Assembly: GCA_043815665.1 (NCBI GenBank)
Contig: JBDRIT010000099.1
Span: 15,987-79,986, forward strand
Direction of reading: 5' to 3'
Source of the DNA: Pseudomonadota bacterium
GTDB lineage: Bacteria; Myxococcota_A; UBA9042; CAIXZC01
Length of the DNA: 64,000 bases
In this document: positions 18,103 through 28,193 of the stretch, in pieces
Layout: each line of letters opens with the position of its first letter
How positions within the stretch are numbered: the first letter of the stretch is position 1
Translations under genes and position numbers: made by a program
The notes under the pieces: generated by a model
What the model was told of the DNA's origin: nothing
Seen by the model: only the letters and a program-made list of their open reading frames with translations
The model's database searches: none

Positions 18103-21000
18103 ATGCGATTCGTCCTCTTCCTCGCACTTTGTGGTCTCTGGGCCAGCGCCGCATCCGCCGCGCCAGGTCCCGAGCTCACGCCCCACCCGCAGCTCCCCGG
18201 CGTGCTCCTGGTGAACCCGGTGGTGCTGGAGCTCCCGCTCCTCTCGCCGCCGCTCCTTCGTCCCGCAGCGCCGATGGGACCGCCCGAGATCCCCCCGACC
18301 ACCCCGATCCCCGAGGCCGCGGACGTCCAGGCCCACCTCCGCCACGCGGTGCGTCTCCCCGCCGGGGAGGCCCTGGTCTTCCGCTACGACCCTGAGGAGG
18401 GTGCCTGGTCCCGGCTGTCGGGCCCCGGGGGCCTGGTGGACGAGGCCTGGGACGCGGTGGACGCGGCCCCTGCGTGGATCCGTGAGGCCCTGGCCGCCAA
18501 CCTGGCCGATCTCCCGGCGGACCGCCAGATCGCGCTGGCGCTCCTGGTGACGGACCCGGCGGATCCACGTCACCGGGACGAGCTGGCCTTCCTCCTGGCC
18601 CGGATCGCGCCGGAGGATCTCGCCCGCCCGCAGCTCTCCCCGGACTACCTGGCCGCGCACGTTGCGCAGCTCCACGCCATGGACGCGGCCCTCGACCACG
18701 TGGAGCTCGTGGACACCGGTGACCCGGCCATGGACGACGACTTCCACACCACCGCCCGGTACATGGGGACCGAGGACGGCGAGACGATCACCTGGGAGAT
18801 CCCCCGGGAGGACTACTACTGGTCCGTGGTCCACCCCAAGCTCGACGGCGAGGAGCTCTACACCATCTCCCCCGTCACCGGCGGCTTCGCGCCCCCCCCG
18901 GCGGGGCACGACTTCCGGAGCTACTTCCTCGATCCACCACAGAGCGCCGAGACCTACACCCTCCACTGGGTCCTCCGGGCCCAGGCCTCCCACGGCCTCG
19001 GCGAGATCCCGCCAGGGTCCCTCCAGGGCTGGGGCCCGGTGAGCCGTGGTCACCTCATGGACTTCGCCGTGGATCCCCTGGTGATCACCGCGGATCCCGA
19101 GGGACGTCCGACCACCATCGAGTTCCGGGTGGGCAAGGGCACGGTCCTCGCCACCACCCTCGAGGTGGAGCGGGCCTGGGCCGACGGCACCTCCGATCTC
19201 CTCGAGAACCTCCTGCGCTACGGCCCCGGGAACGTGGTCCAGAACAAGTTCCAGAAGCACCTGATGATCCGCGACCGTGCCCCCTTCGGCCAGGAGGGGA
19301 TCACCGTCGACGTCCTGGACTCCCAGTACGTCGTCTGGCACGAGATCACCTCGGACCAGCTCGGGGAGACGGACCTCTCCGGGTACCGGAAGATCATCAT
19401 CCCCTCGGACCAGCCCGCGGCGCTGTACGAGGCCCTCGACGATCATGGTGAGGCCCTGGACGCTTGGCTGAAGGACGGCTGGCGGATCCTGGAGCTCCAC
19501 CTCGCCGCCCCCACCGCAGGGGACGCGCCCGTGGGCCTCACCCTGCCGGGAGGCTTCGCCCTGGCCGCGCCGGAGGAGACCGCAGACGCCGCCGTGGTCC
19601 TCGGGCAGCCGCCGCTGGCGTCGATCCTCAGCGGCGCCGCGATGGTCTGGGACGGGATGGACTACCCGGGCCTCTCCGGGGACCGCCCTCTGGATCCCGA
19701 CACTTTCCTCCTCGATCGGATCGGGTGGTGGGTCACCCAGAACATGTTCGACAACGTGGCCGAGTGGGGCGAGAAGCACGGGCTCCAGCCCGAGCGGTCG
19801 CTCCAGCCCGTGCGCATCGTCTTCAACCACTTCGGCAACTGCGGCGAGCTCCAGGACATGCTCACCTCCGCGTCCCGGACCCTCCTGCTGCCGGTGGTGA
19901 ACGTCGCCGACTCCAACGAGGACCACGTCTGGAACGAGTTCCTCGCAGGGGACGGGTGGCACACCTACCAGGTCTCCTGGTCCGACAGCAGCACCCACGT
20001 GGACGCGCCCTCGGTGAGTGCGGACGACCAGACCGGGGGCGGCAAGGACGTCTCCATGGTCACAGCGTACCGGGGGGACGGCCGCGTCCACAGCGTGTCA
20101 GCGCACTACACGGACACGATCACCATCACCGTCCAGGTCAAGGACGCGGCGGATCAGCCCATGGAAGGAGTCGAGATCCTCCTGTTCAGCGAGAGCTACT
20201 ACGATGACACCCAGCTCATCAGCGGCCTCTGGGGCCTCACGGACGAGGCCGGGTCCTGGACCGCGGAGGTGGGGGAGGACAACAGCTACTACGTGCGGGC
20301 TTACAGCCGCCTCGGTGAGGAGCCGGCGGATGGGGTGGCGAAGGTCATCAACGCAGCCCAGGCCCTCGCCGGGACCAAGGTCCCCGTGACCCTGCAGATC
20401 GGCGGCGCCCCGACCCCCGTCGGGCCGACCGCCCTCCAGGAGCTCCCCGCCGCCGCGGAGGACCGCTGGGTCCGGGTGCACAGCCGTCCGGTGCGGACCC
20501 TGGCCTGCGGCCTGAGCCCCTACGGCGGCATCACCTTCTGCGACGACGTCGGCGGCGGGACCGTTGATCTCCTTGTCCTGGACGAGGCGAACCACGCGGC
20601 CTGGGCGGCGGGGGAGCCCTTCGACGCCTTCTCCTTCGGCGACGACCTCGACGGAATCGAGGTGGCCGCTGCGGCCCCTCTGGACGGCCCCTGGTACGTG
20701 GTCGTACTCAACCAGGACGCCCACGACACCCGCCGCTATGTCGAGCTGGAACTGGAGGTGTTGGGCCCGCCTGAGATCCCCGAGCCCGAGCCCGAGCCCG
20801 ATCTCCGGTCCGAGCCCGATTCCGCGCCCGGCCCCGCCGACACCACGGGCCGCGCAGATTCCGGTGAAGCCAGTGCCTCTGTGGGCGGCTCTTCCTCCGG
20901 CTGCAGCGCCGGGACAACCCCCACGGGCTGGCCGCTCCTCCTGCTCCTCCTCGCCCTGACCGGGCTGCGGCGCCGTCGCGGGCAGGGAGGGCAGGCCTGA
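18103..21000 (+). CDS. Module 2 of ORF 14200..21000: secreted transglutaminase-like protein with a C-terminal MYXO-CTERM-like anchor
   Basis: GGAGG (18093-18097) then ATG 18103; signal peptide MRFVLFLALCGLWASAASA; GNCGE...DHVWNEF....WH transglutaminase-like Cys/His; tail SSGCSAG..WPLLLLLLALTGLRRRRG. Confidence 0.7.
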   Translation: MRFVLFLALCGLWASAASAAPGPELTPHPQLPGVLLVNPVVLELPLLSPPLLRPAAPMGPPEIPPTTPIPEAADVQAHLRHAVRLPAGEALVFRYDPEEGAWSRLSGPGGLVDEAWDAVDAAPAWIREALAANLADLPADRQIALALLVTDPADPRHRDELAFLLARIAPEDLARPQLSPDYLAAHVAQLHAMDAALDHVELVDTGDPAMDDDFHTTARYMGTEDGETITWEIPREDYYWSVVHPKLDGEELYTISPVTGGFAPPPAGHDFRSYFLDPPQSAETYTLHWVLRAQASHGLGEIPPGSLQGWGPVSRGHLMDFAVDPLVITADPEGRPTTIEFRVGKGTVLATTLEVERAWADGTSDLLENLLRYGPGNVVQNKFQKHLMIRDRAPFGQEGITVDVLDSQYVVWHEITSDQLGETDLSGYRKIIIPSDQPAALYEALDDHGEALDAWLKDGWRILELHLAAPTAGDAPVGLTLPGGFALAAPEETADAAVVLGQPPLASILSGAAMVWDGMDYPGLSGDRPLDPDTFLLDRIGWWVTQNMFDNVAEWGEKHGLQPERSLQPVRIVFNHFGNCGELQDMLTSASRTLLLPVVNVADSNEDHVWNEFLAGDGWHTYQVSWSDSSTHVDAPSVSADDQTGGGKDVSMVTAYRGDGRVHSVSAHYTDTITITVQVKDAADQPMEGVEILLFSESYYDDTQLISGLWGLTDEAGSWTAEVGEDNSYYVRAYSRLGEEPADGVAKVINAAQALAGTKVPVTLQIGGAPTPVGPTALQELPAAAEDRWVRVHSRPVRTLACGLSPYGGITFCDDVGGGTVDLLVLDEANHAAWAAGEPFDAFSFGDDLDGIEVAAAAPLDGPWYVVVLNQDAHDTRRYVELELEVLGPPEIPEPEPEPDLRSEPDSAPGPADTTGRADSGEASASVGGSSSGCSAGTTPTGWPLLLLLLALTGLRRRRGQGGQA

Positions 21001-21004
21001 CCCC

Positions 21005-23009
21005 ATGCGCCCCCCCCCGACCAGCCGTGCCCGGTTCCTCCGGACGAGCCTCGTCCTCCTGGCCCTGCTCACCGCCTGCGGAGAGTTCCATACGCGGCGC
21101 TTCACCGAGCCCCTCGACACCAGCCCGGACCTGAGCCCGGACACGGACGGGGGACCACCCCGATGCCCCTCGTCCATCGCCCTGCAGATCGCGGAGGATC
21201 GGGACCTGTCGGATCTGGTCGTCGGGTCCCCCTACCACCGGCTCCTCGAGGAGGAGACCGGGGAGGCCACGCTCTGGCTCATCACCGCCGGGGCCCTCCC
21301 GCTCGGGCTCTCCCTGGACCCCCTCACCGGCGCGCTCTCGGGGATCCCGAAGGAGGGGGGGGGGGGGCAGCTTCACCGTGCGCGTCACCGCGGAGGATCA
21401 GCCCTACGTCGTCTGCTACGTCCTCGACGAGGAAGTGATCCCGTGGACCGTGACCGCCCAGTGCGACGGCGACGGAGACTGCTCCGCGCTGGTGTCCGAG
21501 GCCTTCAAGGAGGAGGGGGGCAATGCCTGGTGCGACGACGGGAGGTGCTCCGTCTCGGACGACTGCCCCAACGATCCCCGCCAGCGGGTGGGCTTCTTCC
21601 TGGGCGGAGACGCACCGCCCCCGCCGGGGGACGACGGCCTCGTCACCGGCGGTGAGGTGATCCGCCACGCCCGGATCCAAGGCCAGAAGAACCCCTACGA
21701 TCTCCGTCGTCAGGTGCTGATCCTCTTCGAGGGGCCCGACGGCGCGGTGGTGCGATTGGACTACACCCTCCCGGACAACTGGCCCCTCCCCCTGCGGGTG
21801 GGGGACGCGGTCTCTCTGGGCCTGGAGGAGGGCGTCCTGGAGAGCGGGACCCTCCACATCGACGGCCCGGACGGACCGGCCCACCTCCTGCAGGGCTTCC
21901 GGGTCCCAGGTGGCCTGCCCGACACGTTGCCCGTCTCCGACCTCGCGTCCCTCCTGCCCATGGACTGCCTGCCCTTCTGGGACCACTGTGGGTCCCAGGT
22001 GCCCGCCACGGTGACCTTCTCGGACGGCGCCGCAGCGTGGACCCTGACCCCCGGTGACGTCGCGTGGATCCCGGATCCGGCGCGGCCGGAGACCGGGGTC
22101 GAGGCGCTCCTCGTCCGCCTCGGGTGGTCCATGTTCAGCGAGGAGCTCGTGCTCACCCCAGCGTGCGCCTGGGCCCCGCGGGTGGAGGTGTCCGCGCTCT
22201 TCCTCCCCACAGATTCCTGCCCCGGCGCGGTGGCGAAGGCGGAGTCCGCCCAGGATCTCGTGGCTGGCCAGGCTCTTGCGGAGCCGCCGGCCTTCGAGGT
22301 CTCCGGCTGGGCGAGTTTTTCACCGAAGCAGGGCGGAGCGATCGAAGCCGCGACCTGGACGGTGGAGGAAGATCCCTTCGGGGGGGGGTTCGGTCGCCTC
22401 GAGGTTCTCCCCCTCGCCATCCCGGATCCCCTGGGACTGGGGAACCGCCGCCTCCGGGCCGGCGCCGTGGGCGAGTACCAGGTCGGTCTGACGGTGATGG
22501 ATCGCAAGGGCCGGGAGAGCTGCATCACCGATACAGTCCGGTTCCGGGTCTTTCCGGATTCGGAGATCGCCCTGCGCGCGGAGCTGGTCTGGCTGCCCTT
22601 CGGCCTGCCCAGCGCAGACGGGGACGATCGGATCGAGCTCTCCATGCGGCCCTCGGGGAGCGCCGCCTGGGAGGACGAGGACCGGGTCTGCAGCCCCGCC
22701 TCGCCCCTGCCGAAGTCCTTCGAGGGCGCGCAGTGCGCCGCGGCCGATCTCCCGGGAGGACGCCCTGCGCTGGCCACCCTCCAGGCCCTCGCACCGAGCA
22801 AGACCTACGGCTTCGCGCTCCGTGCGCCGCACACCAACGCGGCGCCGATGGTCAACGCCGTCGGGGAAGGGCGACAGATCTTCCTGCGCCTCTACTGCAA
22901 CACGGAGCTCCTGGAGTTCACGCTCCCCGAGGGCTTCTCCCTGGCCCCCGGGGACCTCGTAGAGGTCGCCCGCGTCGCGCCCGGCTGCCTGCTGGAGCCG
23001 CTGCTCTGA
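21005..23009 (+). pseudogene. Lipoprotein with putative Ig (He_PIG-like) and PKD-like domains, frameshifted at a G13 tract
   Basis: Lipobox LLTAC. The Ig motif GALPLGLSLDPLTGALSGIP continues as GSFTVRVT only if one G is removed from 21355-21367, joining ORFs 21005..21655 and 21378..23009. Confidence 0.72.
21355..21367 (+). repeat. G13 homopolymer at frameshift
   Basis: Counted from sequence: GGA-G13-CAGC. Confidence 0.9.
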
Positions 23010-23023
23010 GGGGAAGCCTCCGG

Positions 23024-24194
23024 TCAGGGCAAGGAATGATCCACAGACAACTCGAAGCGACGCAGGAGCATCGCCGCGCTCTTGCAGAGATTCTCGAGGA
23101 GGTCCAGGTCCTCCCGAGTGAAGGACGCGTCTCGGACGCTGCCCAGGAGCTGGATCGCCCCAAGCACGTAGTGGTCGTGGATCAGGGGTGCGCAGAGCAC
23201 CGATCGCTCCAGGCTGGCCCTCTGGTTCGGCATCAGGGACACCGGATGGCGGCTCTTCTGGAGATCGGAGATGCGGATCGAGATCCCCCCCTGGACACAG
23301 ACCGAGGCCAGATCCTTGTCGCCGGCGATGCGCCGGCCCAGGAAGTGACGGGCCCCCTCCCCAGCGGCTCCGGAGACCCCGAGCTCCCGCCCGTCGGGGG
23401 TGGAGAGCAGGAGCCAGGCCATGCGGGACGGAATCGCTGCGGTGGTGAGCTGGAGGAGGCCCTCGATGAAGGCCTCCAGGTCCTTCGCGTGGCGACCCAG
23501 CGCGGCCACGGACTCCCGCACCCAGCCCGTCCGGTAGTCGCCGGGAGCCGCCCCGGGGGGCGGTCGCAGATCTGCCCGATCTCCCTCCCCACCCTTGAGC
23601 GCGCTGCGAAGCTCGGAGAGATCCAGGTTCATGAAGGAGATCCTCCCCCGCGGCGGGAGCTCGACCTCCACGTACGGAAGATAGCGGACGGGCCGCTTCA
23701 CCTGGTGTCGGGGTTGCTGCTGCGGATCCACGGGCGCCCTGGGCGCGTTGTAGACCCTCCTCAGCTCCTCGGAGACCTCCGCGGGGATCTGGAAGAAGGG
23801 CAGCGGCTGGGAGAACCGTCGCTCCCCGGCCGGGGTCGGCGTCCCCCCCCCCGGCGGCCTCGACCCGATGACGCAGCTCCTTCACGATCTGTGCGTCCAG
23901 GTAGGTGAGCGTCGGGGTCCCGGGCTTCGGCTCCCCGGGCCGCGTGGGGGGCATGCCTCCTGGGCGGGTGGCATCCCGGGGCCGCACCTCGATCCGACGA
24001 TCGAGATGCGTGTCCTGCAGGACCACCGCCCCATCGGGCTGGATGTCGCAGAGGACCCTGCTCATGACGAGGGCTGGCAGGTCCAGCTCAGCGAGGCCCT
24101 CGCGGAGCGCGACCATCCAGTTCTCTGCCTCGACCTCGATCCGATGGGCGCGTACCCGCTCGGATCGGGCCGGTATGGTCACCTCAAACCGCAT
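23024..24194 (-). pseudogene. GAF-domain protein, frameshifted at a G10 tract (C10 on + strand)
   Basis: N-terminus MRFEVTIP..EVEAENWMVALREGL continues into TPTPAGERRF.. and the GAF domain (SVLCAPL..VLGAIQL..FTREDLDLL) only after removing one base at 23843-23852. Confidence 0.7.
23843..23852 (-). repeat. G10 homopolymer (minus strand) at frameshift
   Basis: gt-C10-gg on + strand. Confidence 0.85.
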
Positions 24195-24232
24195 GCCCGG
24201 CGATGTTAACAGATGTGCCGGGCCCATTCAAT

Positions 24233-24260
24233 TTGAAGCGACCGGCCAGATTTGTATACT
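24233..24260 (+). promoter_or_regulatory. Putative sigma70 promoter
   Basis: TTGAAG-N16-TATACT upstream of ATG 24299. Confidence 0.4.
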
Positions 24261-24298
24261 GGGGTGTTCGGATTGCTCAGCGCGCTTCGGGGGACCCC

Positions 24299-25414
24299 AT
24301 GGATCGATGTCTGACATTCGTCTTCGTCTTCATGTTTGTCGCTGCAGCGCCGGAGATCGCCAGCGGCAGCTGCGCCGGAGCGTGCGGTGCCCAGTCTGCG
24401 GAGGGCTGCTACTGCGACGACGCCTGCGCCGGGTACGGCGACTGCTGCCCCGACGTCTGCGACATGTGCCCCACGCTGGAGAGCTGCGGCGGCGGCAGCA
24501 GCAGCGGCAGCTGCGCCGGCGTATGCGGCGCCCAGTCTGCGACGGGCTGTTTCTGCGACGACGCGTGCGCCGAGTACGGCGATTGCTGCCCTGACGTCTG
24601 CGACAAGTGCCCCACGCTGGCCACCTGTGGCGGCGGCACCTCCCCGATCTGCGGCAACGGCGCCTGCGAGGCCGGCGAGACGGCGGGCACCTGCCCCACT
24701 GACTGCGGCGGCGGGACCTGCACGCCGAGCTGCGTCGGCAAGGAGTGTGGGGACAACGGCTGCGGGGGCTCCTGCGGGACCTGCGCATCGCCGGGCTTCT
24801 GCAACTGGGAGGGCCTGTGCGAGTCCCTCTGCACGACGACCTGCCAAGCCGGGGGCGTGACAAAGGAGTGCGGCCCCGATGGCTGCGGGGGCCAGTGCGG
24901 TGCCTGCGGCATCGGCGAGATCTGCGACGAGGCCACGGGCTCCTGCGGGGCGGGCCCCACGGAGTGCGCCGCGGACTGCCTGGGCAGGCAGTGCGGCCCC
25001 GACGGCTGCGGCGGCGCCTGCGGGGAGTGCCCCGACGAGCTGACCTGCAGCGTGGACGGCCTCTGCGTCGACCCCTCGGATCCCGGCGTCTGCACCCCGG
25101 ACTGCACCGGCGTCGTCTGCGGAAACGATGACTGCGGAGACACCTGCGGGATCTGCCCCGGGGGGACCTTCTGCAACACCTCTGGGCTCTGCGAGCCCGG
25201 CGAGGGACCCGACGGCAGCGTCGACAGGAACCCGTACACCTCCGAGTGCCCTCTGGGCCAATCCCTCCTCTACGGAAAATGCATCTCCGCGGGCGAGGCG
25301 GATGCGGACGGCGGCGGCAGCGGCTGCGGCACCGGCGCCGGCGCGGCCCCCCTGTGGGCGCTCCTCTTCCTGGTGCCGGCGCTCGGTCGGCGGCGGATCA
25401 GTCGCGCAGGCTGA
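24299..25414 (+). CDS. Secreted Cys-rich surface protein: two somatomedin-B-like domains, CGxDGCGG repeats, MYXO-CTERM-like tail
   Basis: Hydrophobic signal; two copies of SCAGxCG...CxCDDACxxYGDCCPD; tail GSGCGTG..LWALLFLVPALGRRR. Confidence 0.75.
   Translation: MDRCLTFVFVFMFVAAAPEIASGSCAGACGAQSAEGCYCDDACAGYGDCCPDVCDMCPTLESCGGGSSSGSCAGVCGAQSATGCFCDDACAEYGDCCPDVCDKCPTLATCGGGTSPICGNGACEAGETAGTCPTDCGGGTCTPSCVGKECGDNGCGGSCGTCASPGFCNWEGLCESLCTTTCQAGGVTKECGPDGCGGQCGACGIGEICDEATGSCGAGPTECAADCLGRQCGPDGCGGACGECPDELTCSVDGLCVDPSDPGVCTPDCTGVVCGNDDCGDTCGICPGGTFCNTSGLCEPGEGPDGSVDRNPYTSECPLGQSLLYGKCISAGEADADGGGSGCGTGAGAAPLWALLFLVPALGRRRISRAG
24362..24640 (+). repeat. Tandem ~141-bp intragenic duplication (SMB-like units)
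   Basis: AGCGGCAGCTGCGCCGG..GCCCAGTCTGCG begins at both 24362 and 24503. Confidence 0.8.
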
Positions 25415-26201
25415 CGAGGTTCGGATCGAACCGGGATCCGGTCAGGAACACCTTCCCCATGTCCAGGGTCTTCGATGCCCGCAGGAGGACGTCCGTGGCC
25501 CAGCGGGCGCCGCGGAGGCGCTGATCCAAGTTGCCCAGGGCCCGGGCGAGGGCGGGCAGGGGGAGCGGCGCGTCCGCGAGGCCGGGCGCCAGACGGTTGA
25601 GCCGCGCCAGGAGCGGCCCGGCGGGGACCACCTCCTCCACCTTGAGGAAACGGCCCAGATCCTCCTGGAGCGCGGCGAGGGTCACGGCGCCCCGGGGGAA
25701 GAGGGCGTCCCCGGCGATGCGCTCGATGCGCTCGACCGCGGGGAGGAGCCGCGCCGCGGGGCCACCTGCAAGGCGCGGCGCCAGCCCCAGGGGGGCCGAG
25801 GACCGGACCGGCACCCGCAGGTAGAGGTTCGACCCAGCCTTGAGCTCCCGCCGGATCTTCTTGCCGAAGGAGGAGACATCCATGCCCTCGGGGATCCCCT
25901 CCCAGGCCAGGGCGAAGTTGTAGGAGCTGGCCTCGAACTGGATCGACTCGTAGGGACGCGGGTCGAAGCCGAGGCGTCGGTTGGTCCCCACCGCGGCCCG
26001 GGTCTCCACCTGGAAGCGCTCCATGCGACGGATGTCCGGGTCCACCACCATCACCGAGATGCCGCGGCCGAGCATGTCCGCTGCGAGTTCCGGGAACCGC
26101 GCCCCCAGGAAGAGCACGTTCCCGATCCGGTTGTCGATCCAGTCGAAGAGGGCGCGGACCAGGGGCCGCTCCGATGCGGCCCGGAGGGTGTCGTCGGACA
26201 T
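25398..26201 (-). CDS. Class I SAM-methyltransferase-like fold protein (degenerate motif I)
   Basis: VLFLGA...ISVMVVDPD...IQFEASSYNF...RRELKAGSNLYL spacing resembles Methyltransf_11. Confidence 0.5.
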   Translation of the reverse strand: MSDDTLRAASERPLVRALFDWIDNRIGNVLFLGARFPELAADMLGRGISVMVVDPDIRRMERFQVETRAAVGTNRRLGFDPRPYESIQFEASSYNFALAWEGIPEGMDVSSFGKKIRRELKAGSNLYLRVPVRSSAPLGLAPRLAGGPAARLLPAVERIERIAGDALFPRGAVTLAALQEDLGRFLKVEEVVPAGPLLARLNRLAPGLADAPLPLPALARALGNLDQRLRGARWATDVLLRASKTLDMGKVFLTGSRFDPNLVSLRD

Positions 26202-26248
26202 TCAGTCTCCTGTGCACCCAGAGGGCATGAACTTCGTAAGAGCGGAAC

Positions 26249-28174
26249 TCATCCGCTCAACTCAGTTACAATGCGTCGTTCGCGGATCTCCTCGAGGCAG
26301 CGCGCCAGGAAGTCATCCAGGGGGAGGCTCCCGAGCTGCTCGTTGCCCCGGGTCCGCACGGACACGGTGCCCGCCTCGGCCTCCCGCTCCCCCACCACGA
26401 GCTGGTAGTTCACCCGGGCGAGCTGCGCCTCCCGGATCTTCTTTCCCACCGTCTCGTTCCTCTGGTCGAGCTCCGCCACGAGCCCGCCGGCCTTCAGCCG
26501 GGCCGTGACCTCCTTCCCGTAGTCGAGGAACGCGTCGGTGACCGGGATCACCCGCGCCTGGCGCGGCGAGAGCCAGAGGGGGAACTTCCCTGCGTAGTGC
26601 TCGATGAGGATCCCGATGAAGCGCTCGAGGCTGCCCAGGATCGCCCGGTGGACCATGACGGGCTGGTGCCGCTGTCCGTCCGCACCCTCGTAGGTCATGT
26701 TGAACCGCTCCTCCGAGGGGAGGGAGAAGTCCACCTGGACCGTGCCGCACTGCCAGGACCGGTTCATGCAGTCCCGGATGTGGAAGTCGATCTTGGGGCC
26801 GTAGAACGCACCGTCTCCGACGTTGACCTTGTACGCCAGCTCCATGCGCTTGAGCGCGCCCTCCAGGGTCGTCTCTGCGAGATCCCAGACGGCGTCCGCA
26901 CCGATGCGCTTCGCGGGGCGGGTGCTGAGCTCCACCTCCACGTCCTCGAAGCCGAAGGTGCGGTATATCTCCAGCACGAGGTTGACCACCCCGATCACCT
27001 CGTCCTCGAGCTGCGCCTCGGTGCAGTAGATGTGGGCGTCATCCTGGGTGAAGGAGCGCACCCGGAAGAGCCCGTGGAGCACCCCGGACATCTCGTGGCG
27101 ATGGACCAGGCCCAGCTCCGCGATGCGCAGGGGCAGCTCCCGGTAGGAGCGCCGGCGGTCCTTGTACACCAGGACACCGCCGGGGCAGTTCATGGGCTTG
27201 ATCGCGAAGCTCCGCTCGTCGATGTCCATGAAGTACATGTTCTCGCGGTAGTAGTTCGCGTGGCCCGAGGTCTGCCAGAGGCTCTCGTCCAGCGCCACGG
27301 GGGTGGAGATCTCCTCGTAGCCATCCCGCCGGTGGAGCCCCCGCCAGTAGGTGACGATGGTCTCCTTCAGGCGCATCCCGTTGTCGTGCCAGAAAGGGAA
27401 GCCGGGCCCCACGGTCTGGAACGAGAACAGGTCGAGCTCCTTGCCGAGGCGCCGGTGGTCCCGCTTCTTCGCCTCCTCGAGGAGGTGCAGGTGCCCCTTG
27501 AGCAGCTTCTTGTCCGGGAAGGCGATCGCATAGATCCGCTGAAGCTGCTGGTTCGCCGCGTCCCCGCGCCAGTACGCGCCGGCGACCTTGAGCACCTTGA
27601 CGGCCTTGATCTGCCCCGTGGAGGGCACGTGGGGGCCCCGGCACAGGTCGATGAAGTCGCCCTGGCGATACGCGGTGATCCCGCCCTCCAGGCCCTGGAT
27701 CATCTCGACCTTGTAGGGGTTGGCGGCGAAGGCCTCGAGGGCCTCCTCACGGGTCATCTCCACGCGCTCCACGGGGATCTTCGCCTTGACCAGCTCCTTC
27801 ATGCGGTCCTCGATGCGGGCGAGGTCCTCCTCGGTGAAGGGGGCGTGGTCGAAGTCGTAGTAGAACCCCTCGTCCACCGGCGGACCGATGGTGGGCTTCG
27901 CGTCGGGGAAGAGGTCCGTCACCGCCTGGGCGAGGACGTGGGCCGCGGAGTGCATGAACACGTCCCGCCCCTCCGCATCCCTGAAGGTGAGGATCCTGAC
28001 CCGGGCGTCTCCCTCGATGGGACGCTGGAGATCCACGAGCTCGTCGTTCACTGTCACGGCCACTGCAGCGCGGGCCAGCCCTTCGGAGATCTGCAGGGCG
28101 ACATCGAGTCCGGTGGAGCCCAGCGGGAGCTCCCGAACGGACTCGTCCGGAAGGGTGATCCGGATCGCTTCCAT
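26249..28174 (-). CDS. thrS: Threonine--tRNA ligase
   Basis: TGS domain, HSAAH, DLCRGPHV, RDHRRLG, KPMNCP, GAFYGPKID, HRAILGSLERF. Confidence 0.98.
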   Translation of the reverse strand: MEAIRITLPDESVRELPLGSTGLDVALQISEGLARAAVAVTVNDELVDLQRPIEGDARVRILTFRDAEGRDVFMHSAAHVLAQAVTDLFPDAKPTIGPPVDEGFYYDFDHAPFTEEDLARIEDRMKELVKAKIPVERVEMTREEALEAFAANPYKVEMIQGLEGGITAYRQGDFIDLCRGPHVPSTGQIKAVKVLKVAGAYWRGDAANQQLQRIYAIAFPDKKLLKGHLHLLEEAKKRDHRRLGKELDLFSFQTVGPGFPFWHDNGMRLKETIVTYWRGLHRRDGYEEISTPVALDESLWQTSGHANYYRENMYFMDIDERSFAIKPMNCPGGVLVYKDRRRSYRELPLRIAELGLVHRHEMSGVLHGLFRVRSFTQDDAHIYCTEAQLEDEVIGVVNLVLEIYRTFGFEDVEVELSTRPAKRIGADAVWDLAETTLEGALKRMELAYKVNVGDGAFYGPKIDFHIRDCMNRSWQCGTVQVDFSLPSEERFNMTYEGADGQRHQPVMVHRAILGSLERFIGILIEHYAGKFPLWLSPRQARVIPVTDAFLDYGKEVTARLKAGGLVAELDQRNETVGKKIREAQLARVNYQLVVGEREAEAGTVSVRTRGNEQLGSLPLDDFLARCLEEIRERRIVTELSG

Positions 28175-28193
28175 TCGCGCCTCTCTGTGGTGT

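Noticed and set aside
22380-22388. Other 8-9 nt G/C runs (21010, 22380, 47320, 56922)
   Set aside because: Reading frames are intact across them; expected in high-GC DNA
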